This document shows positions 12,424 through 25,212 of a stretch of 64,000 nt of DNA, in pieces; position 1 is the stretch's first letter, and every line of letters starts with the position of its first letter. The notes beneath the pieces are model-generated. The model did not search any database. It saw only the letters and a list, made by a program, of their open reading frames with translations, and was not told where the DNA came from. Position numbers and translations under genes: made by a program. This stretch comes from Squalus acanthias (Eukaryota), in the NCBI GenBank assembly GCA_030390025.1, contig CM059432.1, positions 80,912,001-80,976,000 of the forward strand, read 5' to 3'.

Positions 12424-13233
12424 GGGCGCGATCTTGCCAGCCCTGGGGAGGCGGGACTGCCGGGAAAATGGCAGAATCTGGGGGCGGGTGCCCAACCCGC
12501 CTCCGTGCCATCTTGCCAGGAGGCGGATAGCCGACCCGCGCTGGGTCCCATCTCCTTGGAGGCGGGAAGGGGATTACAGCCACTTAACTGCCTGTTAACA
12601 GGCAGACAAGAGAATTATCCCCATTTTACCCACACAAGTGCGGGCTTCCTGAAGGCTGCGAACCCCGCCAGGGTCAGCGAGGCGAGTAGGGGGTCTGCGG
12701 GGGTCGGAGAGGTGCAAAAGTGCGCTGTGAAGGTAAGTGATGTGTTCAAGTGTGGAGAGGGAAGTATATGAGGTGAGTGGAAAGTGATAGAAAATGTTTA
12801 CTTACCTTTGTTTCTTCCTGCAGGCTTCAAACGTTAGGGATGCGGAGAGTCTCGCATCTCCGCGGCAGAGATGACCGATGACTGCTGCATTCTCCAATGC
12901 AACAACCATCTAATTTCTGCTCACAAAAGAGGTTTGATGAGTCTTGAATATAAGAACTCATCAAACAACATAGAATGTCAGTGTTTGACAGCTTCACAGA
13001 GCTGTGAAACGATGGCAATTCATCTGTCAAAAATTTTTGACAGATGAAACATCATACGCTGACGTTCTCTAACCGGCTTCCCCTTAATTGGCCTGCTAAG
13101 CCCGCTGGGCGGGCTTAACAAGGTCAATCAAGGGAAAATAGTGTGGGTTGGCTGGAAGTCGATGGAGGCGGGGCTAAAACCCAACAAGTGGGAGTCCCGC
13201 CTCCAAAAGCTCCCCATTGGCAAAATCCAGCCG
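12424..13233. mobile_element. Harbinger-type MITE, family B
   Basis: TIRs GGGCGCGATCTTGCCA / TGGCAAAATCCAGCCG. 3-bp TSD GTT, confirmed by the empty site GAAACGTTAACTCTG in other PLE copies. Inverted homolog of 59977-60676. Confidence 0.9.
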
Positions 13234-13875
13234 GTTATCTCTGTTTCTCTCTCCACAGATGCTGCCTGACCTGCTGAGTATTTCAAAGATATTTGTATGT
13301 TGCTGAGATTGTGGTTCACACAACAAAAGGGATAGAACATTTCTGCTACACAGCAGAGAACCATTGAATATCGCCTATTGGGGATAGTGAGTTGGTTTGG
13401 TATTTTTCAGGATTCCATCAGTACTTGATCCTATAGCTGTAAATTGGACTGAGAGATGCACTCTGAATAAGTATTAATGATGAATGGTGGGTGATTTACA
13501 CATTGGAATTCTGGGAAAAAAAAAGCAAGATTTTTTTTCTGTTTTAAGCATAAACCGTTTGTCAGAATTAATTAGAACCTGGCCAATTATTTCTGAGTCC
13601 AATACTGTGGCCTTGTGCTTTCTCCCGAACTTATGTTACAGCTCAGACTTTCAGATTGTTGCAACGTCACATCCACCCCAGTATGGTTCCCTGAATTACA
13701 GGGCGTATGATCAGGCTGGGAGTTTACTTGACCACAGCCTGACATCTGCTGTGCGGCTGGTTTACCAGGTGACCGGAAGCATAACAGTCTCTCAAAAGTC
13801 GAATGTACTGTGGTTCAGATCTGGGAGTTGACTTGGACCCTCAAGGTTTTGCTCCAATTTATTTTTACACTTTGA

Positions 13876-13906
13876 CCCCCCCCCCCCCACCCCCCCCCCC
13901 CCCCCC
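13876..13906. repeat. Poly-C tract
   Basis: About 30 C with a single A interruption. Confidence 0.9.
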
Positions 13907-14004
13907 ATCCCTTTTATATAGGGGGCCATCTTCTGGACTGGTGGTACTGGCAGGCCCACAAGTGACGCATTCTCTCTCTTTCTCCTCCCCCCCCCACGCT
14001 ACTG

Positions 14005-16336
14005 TATTCTGTACCTAATGTTCATCATAAACCTTTTTTTTTTCCTGTTTTATTTTAACCTCTACTTCCTTTGTCATCCAGGGAGCTCTAGCTTTGGAGG
14101 TCCTATTTTTACTCCTTATGGGAATATGCTTAGTACCCAAACTATCTCCACCATGAAGGCCTGCCATTGCGCATTTACTGTTTTCCTGGCCAATCTTTGT
14201 TTCCAGTCCACCTGTGCTCGATCCCTTCTCAAATCACTGAAATTGGCTCTCTTCCAGTTGGATATTTTCACCGTTGATTTTTCTTTTTTCCCTTTCCGTA
14301 ACTTTTTTAAACCTAAATATAGTATGTTCACTATTACCCAGATATTCTCCCACTGAAACACACTCCACTTGCCCTACTTCATTCCCCAGAACTAGATCCA
14401 GCACTGCTGTGTGGAGTTTGCACATTCTCCCCGTGTCTGCGTGGGTTTCCTCCGGGTGCTCCGGTTTCCTCCCACAGTCCAAAAATGTGTGGGTTAGGTT
14501 GATTTGGCTATGATAAATTGACCCTTAGTGTTCGGGGGGGATTAAATATGTGGGGTTATGGGGATAGGATGGGATATGTTAGGGGGAATTAAATACGTGG
14601 GGGTAGGGTGGGATATGTGTACTGTGGGGATTAAAGCAGGGACAGGGTACTGGATTTGGATGATCAGCCATGATCGTATTGAATGGTGGAGCAGGCTCGA
14701 CGGGCCGAATGGCCTACTCCTGCTCCTAGATTCTATGTTTCTATGCTTCATTCCTCGTTGAGCTAGAAACATACTGATGAAGGAAGTTTTCCTGTACACA
14801 TTTTAGGAATTCTTCACTTTCCTTGCCCTTTACTCTGTTTATCCTCCAGTCTATATTTGGGTAGTTGAAGTCCCCTGCTATTACTGCTCTAATATTTTTA
14901 CATTTCTCTGAAATTTGCCTACAGATTTACTCTTCTATCTCCTTCTCACTATTTGGGGGTCTATAGTAAACACCCAGCAATGTAACAGCTCCTTTTCTGT
15001 TCCTTAACCCATACCAAATACATTCATTCTTTGAACCCTCAAGTATATCGTCCCTCTGTAGAACTGTAATATTATCCTTGATCAATACTGCCATCCCCCC
15101 CACCCATGTCCTTTTTCCTTCCCTGTCCCTCCTGAATACATTGTAGCCAGGAATGTTTAGTTCCCATTCCTGCCCACGTTTTAGTCATGTATCTGTTATA
15201 GCCATTTTATCATAACGCCATGTGGCAACTTGTGCCTGCAGCTCATCAACTTTATTTGTAACACTCCTCGCATTAACACACATTTGCTTTTTTCCTCCAT
15301 CTAATTCCTGCTCTTTCTGGACTATTCATTATTCTGTTGCTATTTGTCCCTGCTAGTTTTCTGTGAGCCTTGTCTCTCCTCTCTGCTGCAATGTCCTGGT
15401 TTCCCTCTGCTGCCAAATTAGTTTAAACCCTCCCCCATAGCACTAGTTAAGCTCTCCACGAAGACATTGGTCCCAGTCCTGTTCAGGGGCAACCCGTCTG
15501 GCTTCTGCAGGTCCCTCCTGCACCAGAACTGGCCCCAATGCCCCAGGAATCTGAATCCCTCCCTCTTGCACCACTTCTCCAGCCACGTATTCACCCGCAT
15601 CATCTTGCTGTTACTGTACTCACTAGCACGTGACACAGGGAATAATCCAGGGATTACCACCATTGAGGTCCTGTTCTTCAATCTTTTTCCTAGCTCCTGG
15701 AACTCTGCCTGAAGGACCTCAACCCTTTTCCTACCTATGTCATTGGTTCTAACATGAACCACAACTTCTGGCTGTTCATCTTTCCCTTGCAGAATGTCCT
15801 GTATCCGTTCAGTGATATCCTTTACCCTGGCAGCAGGGAGGTAACACACCATTCGGGACTCACAGTTGCAGAAATGCCTGTCTATCCCCCTGACTATCAA
15901 ATCTCCTATAACAATTGCATTGCTGCACTTTCTTGTGCCCCCTGTGCCAGGACCATGTATTTACTTCTGACTGCACTCTCCCGAGGTCTCATCACTCTCA
16001 CTGGTATTCAGCACTGGTTTGTGAGTGCCCTAGTCCCAGGGGATTCCTGCACTGTCTGCCTGTTCCTCCTAGTCTGCCTGGTGGTCACCCACTCCCTTTC
16101 CTCCTGAACTCTGTAGCTATGGGGGGACCATCTCCTGAAATTTGCTCTTCACAAAACTCTGCTTCTCGTATGTATTGTAGTGATGCCAGGCGCCCCTTAA
16201 GCTCTGAAAATCTGAGCTCGAGAAGTTGGTGGTACTTCCTGCATATGTGGTATTCCAGGACACAGTGTTCTGGAGTTCCAACATGGCACAGGATGTGTAG
16301 GCGACGGATCCCAGCTGTGCTGCCATGTTAGCTAAC
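14005..16336 (-). mobile_element. CR1 LINE 5' half: ORF1 (Zn finger plus SGNH esterase) and endonuclease. Its 5' UTR probably resumes at 25294
   Basis: ORF1 start MAAQLGSV..SCAM (16326); esterase MVCYLPAARVKD..VVVHVRTNDIG..DGLPLN (15418-15900); endonuclease end LDLVLGNEVGQV and NWKRANF. Confidence 0.85.
14409..14743 (+). mobile_element. 5'-truncated V-SINE (HE1-like) with a CR1 3' tail
   Basis: V-domain GTGGAGTTTGCACATTCTCCCCGTGTCTGCGTGGGTTTCCTCCGGGTGCTCCGGTTTCCTCCCACAGTCC. Tail GGCCGAATGGCCTACTCCTGCTCC..TTCTATG. TSD TGCT inside the CR1. Confidence 0.85.
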
Positions 16337-16452
16337 AGTTATTTAAAGCTGCAACAAAAGCAAAATACTGCGGATGCTGGAAATCTGAAATAAAACCTGA
16401 AAATGCTGGAAATACTCAGCAGGTCAGGCAGCATCTGGGGAAAGAGAAACAG

Positions 16453-16490
16453 AGTTAACGTTTCAGGTCAATGACCTTTCGTCAGAACTG
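16453..16490 (-). ncRNA. Minimal type I hammerhead ribozyme
   Basis: Reverse complement CAGTT-CTGACGA-A-AGGTC-ATT-GACCT-GAAA-CGTT-AACT. Core intact; stem I AGTT/AACT. Confidence 0.8.
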
Positions 16491-16504
16491 GAAAAAGTTA
16501 GGGA

Positions 16505-18534
16505 TCATAGAATAGTTACAGCATAGAAGGAGGCCATTCAGCCCGTCGAGCCCATGCCGGCTCTCTGCAAGAGCACCTCGGCTAGTCCCAGTCCCCCGCC
16601 CTTTCCCCATAGCCCAGCAAAAAAAATTCTTTCAGGTACTTATCCAACTCCCTTTTGAAAGCCGTGATTGAGTCTGCCTCCCCCACCCTTTCAGGCAGTG
16701 CATTCCAGATCTTAACAACTCGCTGCGTAAAAAAGTTTTTCCTCATGTCGCCTTTGGTTCTTTTGCCAATCACCTTAAATCTGTGTCCTCTGGTTCTCGA
16801 CCCCTCTGCCAATGAGAACAGTTTCTCTCTATCTACTCTGTCCAGATTCCTCATGATTTTGAACACCTCTATCAAATCTCCTCTCAATCTTCTCTGCTCT
16901 AAGGAAAACAACCCCAGCTTCCCCAGTCTATCCATGTAACTGAAGTCCCTCATCCCTGGAATCATTCTCGTAAATCTTTTCTGCACCCTCTGAGGCCTTC
17001 CCATCTTTCCTAAAGTGTGGTGTCCAGAATTGGACACAGTACTCCAGTTGAGTTCGAACCAGTGTTTTATACAGGTTCATCATCATTTCCACGCTTTTGT
17101 ACTCTAGGGGCTGGATTTTCTCAGCCCCGAGAAGGCGGGTATGGAGGCAGGACTGCCGGTAAAGTAGCAGAAAGTGGGGGCGGATGGCAAAGCCGCCCCC
17201 ATCCCGCCTCTGTGCCCTTCCGCCAGGAGGCGGGAAGATGTGCTGCTTCGGGTCCTGTCTCCTGGAGGCAGGAAAGGTATTAAATCCTTTTAACTGCCTG
17301 TTAACAGGCAGGAAAAAGGATTACTGCCATTTTGCCTTCAGGTGAAGGCTTCCCGACCTCGGAGAACCTGGCCGGGTTGGAGGAGACGTGAAGGAGTTCT
17401 GCGGGGGTCGGAGGTGATGGGTGCAAGTGTGGAGTGGTAAGTATATAAGGTGAGTGATAAGTGTTTAAAAATGTTCATTTACCTTGTTTTCTTCCTACAG
17501 CTTTCATCCACCCTGGATCGGGAGACCCGACATCTTCCTTGTCGATTTCACAGACTGGCTGTTGGATCCTCTGAACTAAACCATCTGAAATTGACAAAGT
17601 TGAAAGGTTTGATGAGTCCTGAACACAAAGCCTCAACAAACTACAGAGAATGTCCATGTTTGACAGCTTCACAGAGCTGTCAAACGCTGACATTTCTTCT
17701 TTCAAGAAGTCTTGACAGATAGCACGTCAGACGTTGATGTGCTCTGTCAGTGACTTCCTCCCTAATTGACCTGCTGAGCCCGCAAGGTGGGCTTAACAAG
17801 GTCAATCGGGGAAAATCCCTCTGGTTGGTCAGATGATGTGGAGGCGGGACATTGACATGACAAGCAGCAGTCCCGCCTCCTACTCGTCCTCCATTGAGAA
17901 AATCTAGCTCAAGACCTCTATTCATGAAGCCCAGGATCCCGTAAGCTTTTTTAACTGCTTTCTCAACCTGCCCTGCCACCTTCAATGATTTGTGCACATA
18001 TACCCCTAGGTCTCTCTGTTCATGCACCCGCTTTAGGATTGTACACCCTTTAGGATTGTACCATTTAGTTTATATGTTCTCTCCTCATTCTTTCTACCAA
18101 ATGTATCACTTCGCATTTTTCTACGTTAAATTTCATCTGCCACGTGTCTGCCCATTCCGCCAGTCTGTCTATGTCCTCTTGAAGTCTATCACTATCTTCC
18201 TCATTGTTCACTATATTTCCAAGTTTTGTGTCATCTGCAAATTTTGAAATTGTGCCCTTTACACCCATATCCAAGTCATTAATATATATCAAGAAAAGCA
18301 GTGGTCCTAGAACCGACCCCTGGGGAACACCTCTGTATACCTTCCTCCAGTCCGAAAAACAACCGTTCACCACTACTCTCTGTTTCCTGTCACTTAGCTA
18401 ATTTCGTATCCATGCAGCCACTGTCCCTTTTATTTCATAGGTTTCAACTTTGCTGGCAAGCCTGTTATGTGGCACTTTGTCAAACGCCTTTTGGAAATCC
18501 ATGTACACTACGTCAACCGCATTGCCCTCATCAA
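16505..18534 (-). mobile_element. 5'-truncated CR1 LINE (RT C-terminal half plus 3' tail) inside Penelope 1
   Basis: GVPQGSVLGPLLFLIYINDL, KFADDTK, RRLRGDLIEVFKI, NFFTQRVV; TTCTATGA tail. Confidence 0.92.
17108..17910. mobile_element. Harbinger-type MITE related to family B, inside a CR1
   Basis: TIRs GGGCTGGATTTTCTC / GAGAAAATCTAGCTC with flanks TAG/AAG. Body shares TTAACTGCCTGTTAACAGGCAG and GGGCTTAACAAGGTCAATC with 12424-13233. Confidence 0.85.
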
Positions 18535-21144
18535 AAAACAGATTTTAAGCAAGTGCAGAGGCAGGGAAAATTGTGAGGGGAGGAAAGAAGGTCTGTGATA
18601 GGGTGGAAGGCAGGAGTGATTAAATGACAAAAGGTATGATTGTACAAAGCAAAAGGAGATGGTAATGGGACAAGTAAAGAAACAAAAGATGGGTCTAGAA
18701 GAGGTGTAAATGGGAATGGCAGAATCATCAACAGCTGCCATCTGGGGAAAAAAAAAAGGGGCAGAGGTTCTGGTCTGAAATTGTTGAACTCAATGTTGAG
18801 TCCAAAAGGCTCTGAAGTGCCTAATCGAAAGATGAGGTGCTTTTCCTCGAGCTTATGTTGAGCTTCGTTGGAACAGTGTAAGAGGACAGAGAGGTCCGAG
18901 TGGGAGTGGAGCGGAGAATTAAAGTGACAGGCGACTGGAAGCTCGGGGTCACGCTTACGGACTGAACTGAGGTGTTCCACAAAGCGGTCACCCAATCTGC
19001 GTTTGGTCTCCCCAATGTAGAGGAGACTGCACTATGAGCAGCGAATACAGTGTACTAAATTGCAAGAAGTACAAGTAAATCGCTGTTTCACCTGGAAGGA
19101 GTGTTTGGGGCCCTGGACGGTGCAAAGAGAGGAGGTAAAAGTGCAGGCGTTGCATCTCCTGTGCTTGCACGGGAAGGTGCCGTGGAAAGGGACCTTCAGA
19201 ACCTGCTTCCCCTTAATTTTCCTCTGATCCCATCCCTTCTTCCAATCTCACCCCCTGCCGTGTTTTCACTATCCCCTCTGACCTTCCCCTCTTTGACCCC
19301 AAGCAATCAGTCCTCCGCAAAAGCTTCAGCTTCATCCCCTTACGCCCCCACCTCATTGAATTTTGAGCTCAGCATGATGCTGAACTGTTTTTCTGTCGCC
19401 TTCATCTTCGTGCTCACTTCTTTGGCCAGGAGTCCTTCCCCGCCGCCACCTCCCCCCACCCCCTTCCTCCTGTTTTCTGAATTCTCGTTCTACTTGGACC
19501 CCTCCCTCTAGCCTCTTACCCACGCTAGATCTTTTCATTGCGAACTGCCAGCGTGACATCGGCCATCTCAATTTCTCTGCTCCCCTCACTCACTCCAACT
19601 TGTCTCCCTCTGAGCTTCCAAATCCAACCCCAACATTGTTATTAAACCTGCTGACAAGGGTGGCGCTGTTGTTGTTTGACGAACCAACCTCTCCCTTGCG
19701 GAGGCTGAACTCCAACTCTCTGACACCTCCTCCTACCTCCCCCTGGACCATGACCCCACTACCAAACATCAAGCCATCATTTCCAAGACTGTCACTGACC
19801 TCCTCTCCCCTGGAGATCTTCCCTCCACAGCCGCCAGCCTCTTAGTTCCCCAACCTGGCACAGTCTGATTCTACCTCCTTCCCAAGATCCACAAACAGGA
19901 CTGCCCTGGGAGACCCATTGTTTCAGCCCCCACAGAACTGATTTCTTCTTATCTCGACTCTTTTTTCCTCCCCTTGTTCCGTCTCTTCCCACCTACATCC
20001 GCGACTCTTCCGACACCCTCCGCCACAATAACAATTTCCAGTTTCCTGGCCCCAACCGTCTCCTTTTCACCGTGGACGTCCAATCCCTCTACACCTCCAT
20101 CCCCCACCAGGACAGCCTGAGGGCGCTCTGCTTCTTCCTTGAACAGAGGCCCAACCAGTCCCCATCCACCACCACCCTCCTCCACCTGGCTGAACTTGTT
20201 CTCACATTGAACAACTTCTCCTTTAACTCCACTCACTTCCTCCAAATAAAAGGTGTTGCTCTGGGAATCCACCTGGGTCCTAGCTATGCCTGCCTTTGCG
20301 TGGGATATGTAAAACATTCTTTGTTCCAGTCCTACTCAGGTCCCCTCCCTCACTTCTTTTTCCGGTACATTGATGACTGTATCGGTGCTGTTTCCTGCTC
20401 TTGTCCTGAACTGGAAAATTTCATTCACTTTGCTTCCAATTTCCACCCTTCCCTCACCTTCACATGGTCCATCTACAACTCTTCTGTTCCCTTCCTCAAC
20501 TTCTGTGTCAATATTTCTGGGGATAGGCTATCAACAAACATCCACTATAAGCTCACTGGCTACTAGGACTACACTTCCTCCCACCCCGCTTCCTGTAAGG
20601 AGTTAATTCCATTCTCACAGTTTCTCCCTCGCCATTTCATCTGTTCTGATGATGCCACCTTCCATACTGGTGCTTCCGATATGTTTTCCTTTTTCCTCAA
20701 CCGAGGATTCCCCTCTACCATGATGGACATGCCCTCGCCCACGTCCGTTCCATTTCCCGCACTTCTGCTCTCACCCCCTTCCCCTCCCTCCCAGAACCAC
20801 GATAGGGTTCCGCTTGTCCTCACCTTTCACCCCACCAGCCTCCACATTCGACGGATCATTCTTCACCATTTCTGCCACCTCCAGCGTGATCCCACCACCA
20901 AACACATCCTCCCCTCCCAGCATTCCGAAGGGACTGCTCCCTCCGCGACACCTTGGTCCATTCCTCAATCACCCCCTCCCCTTCCTACGGCACCTTCCCG
21001 TGCAAACGCAGGAGATGCAACACCTGCCCTTTTACCTCCTCCCTTCCCACTGTCCAGGGCCCCAAGCATTCCTTCCAGGTGAAACAGTAACTGACTTGTT
21101 GTACTTGTAATTTAGCATACTGCATTCGCCATTCACAGTGCGCT

Positions 21145-21435
21145 TTCACAGAATCCCCACAGTGCAGATAGAGGCCATTTCGGCCCATCGAGCCTGCACC
21201 GACACATCTCCCACCCTATCCCCGTAACCCCACGTATTTAATCCCCCTAACACTAAGGGTCAATTTATCATAGCCAAATCAACCTAACCCGCACATCTTT
21301 GGACTGTGGGAGGAAACTGGAGCACCTGCAGGAAACCCACGCAGACACAGGGAGAATGTGCAAACCCCAAACTCCGGATTCGAACCCGGGTCCCTGGCGC
21401 TGTGAGGCAACAGTGCTAACCACTATGCCACCGTG
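21145..21435 (-). mobile_element. Full-length V-SINE (HE1-like)
   Basis: tRNA head CACGGTGGCATAGTGGTTAGCACTGTTGCCTCACAGCGCCAGGGACCCGGGTTCGAATCC, then V-domain and a CR1-type tail. Interrupts the PLE GIY-YIG region. Confidence 0.88.
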
Positions 21436-21471
21436 TTTCCTCTATACTGGGGAGACAAAACGCAGATTGGG

Positions 21472-24400
21472 AACGGTAGCGTAGTGGTAATGTCACTGGG
21501 CTATTGATCCAGAGACGTGAGTTTAAATTCAGTTAATTAAATAAATCTGGAATTAAAAAAGCTAGTATCAGTAATGGTAACCATGAAACTATCAGATTGT
21601 CGTAAAAGCGCATCTGGTTCACTAATGTCCTTTAGGGAAGGAAATCTGCCGTCCTTACCTGGTCTGGCCTATATGTGACACAGCAATGTGGTTGACTCTT
21701 AATTGCCCTCTGAAATGGCCTAGCAAGCCACTCAGTTGTAACAAACTGCTATGGAACACAATAATAAAAATGAAACCGGACGGACCACCCGGCATCGACC
21801 TCGGCACCGGCACCGACTATGGACACGGCAACGGCAAACCCAGCCCAGTCAACCCTGCAAAGTCCTCCTCACCAACATCTGGGGACTTGTGCCAAATTGG
21901 GAGAGCTGTCCCACAGACTAGTCAAGCAACAGCCTGACATAGTCATACACACAGAATCATACCTTTCAGCCGATGCCCCAAAATCCTCCATCACCATCCC
22001 TGGGTATGTCCTGTCCCACCGGCAGGACAGACCCACCAGGGGTGGCGGCACAGTGGTATACAGTCGGGAAGCAGTGGCCCTGGGAGTCCTCAACATTGAT
22101 GCCGGACCCCATGAAGTCTCATTGCTTCAGGTCAAGCATAGGCAAGGAAACCTCCTGCTGATTACCACCTACCGCCCTCCCTGAGCTGATGAATCAGTAC
22201 TCCGCCATGTTGAACACCACTTGGAAGAAGCACTGAGAGTAGCAAGGGCACAGAATGTACTCTGGGTGGGGGACTTCAATGTCCATCACCAAGAGTGGCC
22301 CGGTAGCACCACTACTGACCGAGCTAGCCGAGTCCTGAAGGATATAGCTGCCAGTCTGGGCCTGTGACAGGTGGTGAGAGAACCAAGACGAAGGAAAAAC
22401 CTACTTGATCTCATCCTCACCAATCTACCTGTCACAGATGCATCTGTCCATGACAGCATTAGTAGCACAGTCCTTGTGGAGACGAAGTCCCATCTTCACA
22501 CTGAAGACACCCTCCATCGTGTTGTGTGGCACTACCACCGTGCTAAATGGGATAGATTCAGAACAGATCTAGCAGCTCAAACCTGGACATCCATGAGGCA
22601 CTGTGGGCCATCAGCAGCAGCAGAATTGTATTCCACCACAATCTGTAACCTCATGGCCCGGTATATCCCTCACTCTTCCATTACCATCAAGTCAGGGGAC
22701 CAACCCTGGTTCAATGAGGAGTGTAGAAGAGCATGCCAGGAACGTACCTAAAAATGAGGTGCCAACCTGAGGAAGCTGCAACACAGGACTACATGCATGC
22801 TAAAAAGCAGAAGCAGCATGCTATAGACAGGGCTAAGCAATTCCACAATCAACGGATCAGATCAAAGCTCTGCAGTCTTGCCACATCCAGTCGTGAATGC
22901 TGGTGGACCATTAAACAACTAACGGGACGAAGAGGCTACATGAATATCCCCATCTTCAATGATGGTGGAGCCTAGCACATGAGTGCAAAAGACAAGGCTG
23001 AAGCGTTTGCAACCAACTTCAGCCAGAAGAGCCGAGTGGATGATCCATATCGGCCTCCTCCTGCGGTCCCCACCATCACAGAAGCCAGTCTTCAGCCAAT
23101 TCGATTCACTCCACATGATATTAAGAAACGGCTGAGCGCACTGGATACAGCAAAGGCTATGGGCCCTGACATCATCCCGGCTATCGTGCTGAAGACTTGT
23201 GCTCCAGAACTAGCCGCGCCTCTAGCCAAGCACTTCCATCACAGCTACAACACTGGCATCTATCCAACAATGTGGAAAACTGCCCAGATTTGTCCTGTCC
23301 ACAAAAAGCAGGACAAATCCAATCCGGCCAATTACTGCCCAATCAGTCTACTCTCAATCATCAGCAAAGTGATGGAAGGTGTCATCTACAGTGCTATCAA
23401 GCGGCACTTACTCACCAATAACCTGCTCAACGATGGTCAGTTTGGGTTCCGCCAAGACCACTTGGCTGCCGACCTCATTACAGCCTTGGTCCAAACATGG
23501 ACAAAGGAGCTGAATTCCAGAGGTGAGGTGAGAGTGACTGCCCTTGACATCAAGGCAGCATTTGACTGAGTGTGGCATCAAGGATCTCGAGTAAAACTGA
23601 AGTCAATGGGAATCGGGGGGAAAACTCTCCACTGGCTGGAGTCATACTTAGCACAAAGGAAGATGGTTGTGGCTATTGTGCCCCAGGACATAGCTGCAGG
23701 AGTTCCTTAGGGCAGTGTCCTAGGCCCAACCATCTTCAGCTGCTTCATCAATAACCTTCCCTCCAACATAAGGTCAGAAATGGGGATGTTCGCTGATGAC
23801 TGCACAGTGTTCAGAGCCATTCATAGTTCCTCAGATAATGAAGCAGTCCATGCTCGCATGCAACAAGACCTGGATGACTTTCAGGCTTGGGCCGATAAGT
23901 GGCAGGTAACATTTGCGCCACGGAAGTGCCAGGCAATGACTATCTCCAACAAGCGAGAGTCTAACCACTGCCCCTTGACATTCAATGGCTTTACCATCAC
24001 CGAATCCCCCACCATCAACATTCTGGTGGTCACCATTAACCAGAAACTTAACTGGACCAGCCACATAAATACTGTGGCAACAAAAGCAGGTCAGTGGCTA
24101 GGTATTCTGCGGCGAGTGTCTCTCTCCTGACTCCCCAAAGCCTTTCCACCAACTACAAGGCACAAGTAAGGAGTGTGATGGAATACTCTCCACTTGCCTG
24201 GATGAGTGCAGCTCCAACAACACTCAAGAAGCTCGACACCATCCAGGACAAAACAGCCCGCTTGATTGGCGCCCCATCCACCACCTTAAACATCCACTCC
24301 CTCTACCACCGGCGTACCATGGCTGCAGTGTGTACCATCTACAAGATGCACTGCAGCAACTCGCCAAGGATTCTTCGGCAGCACCTCCCAAACCCGTGAC

Positions 24401-24698
24401 CTCTTCCACCTAGAAGGACAAGGGCAGTAGACGCATGGGAACACCACCACCTCCAAGTTCCCCTCCAAGTCACACATCATCCTGACTTAGAAGTATATCG
24501 CCGTTCCTTCATCGTCGCTGGGTCAAAATCCTGGAACTCCCTACCTAACAGCACTGTGGGAGTACCTTCACCACACGGACTGCAGCGGTTGAAGAAGACG
24601 GCTCACCACCACCTTCTCGAGGGCAATTAGAGACGTGCAATAAATGCTGGCTTTGCCAGCGACGCCCAGATCCCATAAAAACGAGTTTAAAAAAAAAA
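21472..24698 (+). mobile_element. Near full-length decayed CR1-group (Zenon-like) LINE with a tRNA-derived head and no ORF1, copy 2
   Basis: Head GGTAGCGTAGTGG, then ~400 nt UTR. Endonuclease (QPDIVIHTESYL, RGGGTVVY, GDFNVHH, LDLILTN) and RT (ALDIKAAFD, MFADDC). Poly-A end; the host PLE resumes exactly (CAGATTGGG|GTGACCGC). Confidence 0.92.
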
Positions 24699-25174
24699 GT
24701 GACCGCTTTGCAGAACACCTTCATTCAGTCCGCAAGCGTGACCCCGAGCTTCCTGTCACTTTAATTATCCGCTTCACGCCCACTCTGACCTCTCTGTCCT
24801 CGACTTCTTACACTGTTCCAACGAAGCTCAACGTAAGCTTGAGGAGTAGGACCTCGTCTTTCTATTAGGCACTTTACAGCCTCCTGGACTCAACATTGAG
24901 TTCAACAATTTCAGATCATAATCTCTGCCCCTATTTTTTCACATGGCAGCTGTTGATGATTCTGCCATTCCCATTTACACCTCATCTGGACTCTTCTTTT
25001 GTTTCTTTACTTGTCCTATTACCATCTCCTTTTGCTTTGCACAATCATACCTTTTGTCATTTAATCTCTCCTGCCTTCCACCCTATCACAGACCTTCCCT
25101 TTTGTTCTTTCCTCCCCTCTCCCCTTTCCCTGCCCCTGCACTTGCTTAAAACCTGTTCCATCTCTAACTTTTTC

Positions 25175-25212
25175 CAGTTCTGGCGAAAGGTCATCGACCT
25201 GAAACGTTAACT
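25175..25212 (+). ncRNA. Hammerhead ribozyme motif with a mutated core (CTGGCGA)
   Basis: CAGTT-CTGGCGA-A-AGGTC-ATC-GACCT-GAAA-CGTT-AACT; A6 changed to G. Confidence 0.65.

Larger units (their letters stand above)
12270..13284. mobile_element. Miniature inverted two-arm Penelope-like insertion (3' termini only), interrupted by a MITE
   Basis: Minus-strand PLE 3' end at 12270-12387 followed by a plus-strand PLE 3' end at 12393-12423 plus 13234-13284. 14-bp TSD AAAGATATTTGTAT at 12256-12269 and 13285-13298. Confidence 0.85.

Noticed and set aside
21365..21435. tRNA gene
   Set aside because: It is the head of a V-SINE and runs directly into the V-domain and tail.
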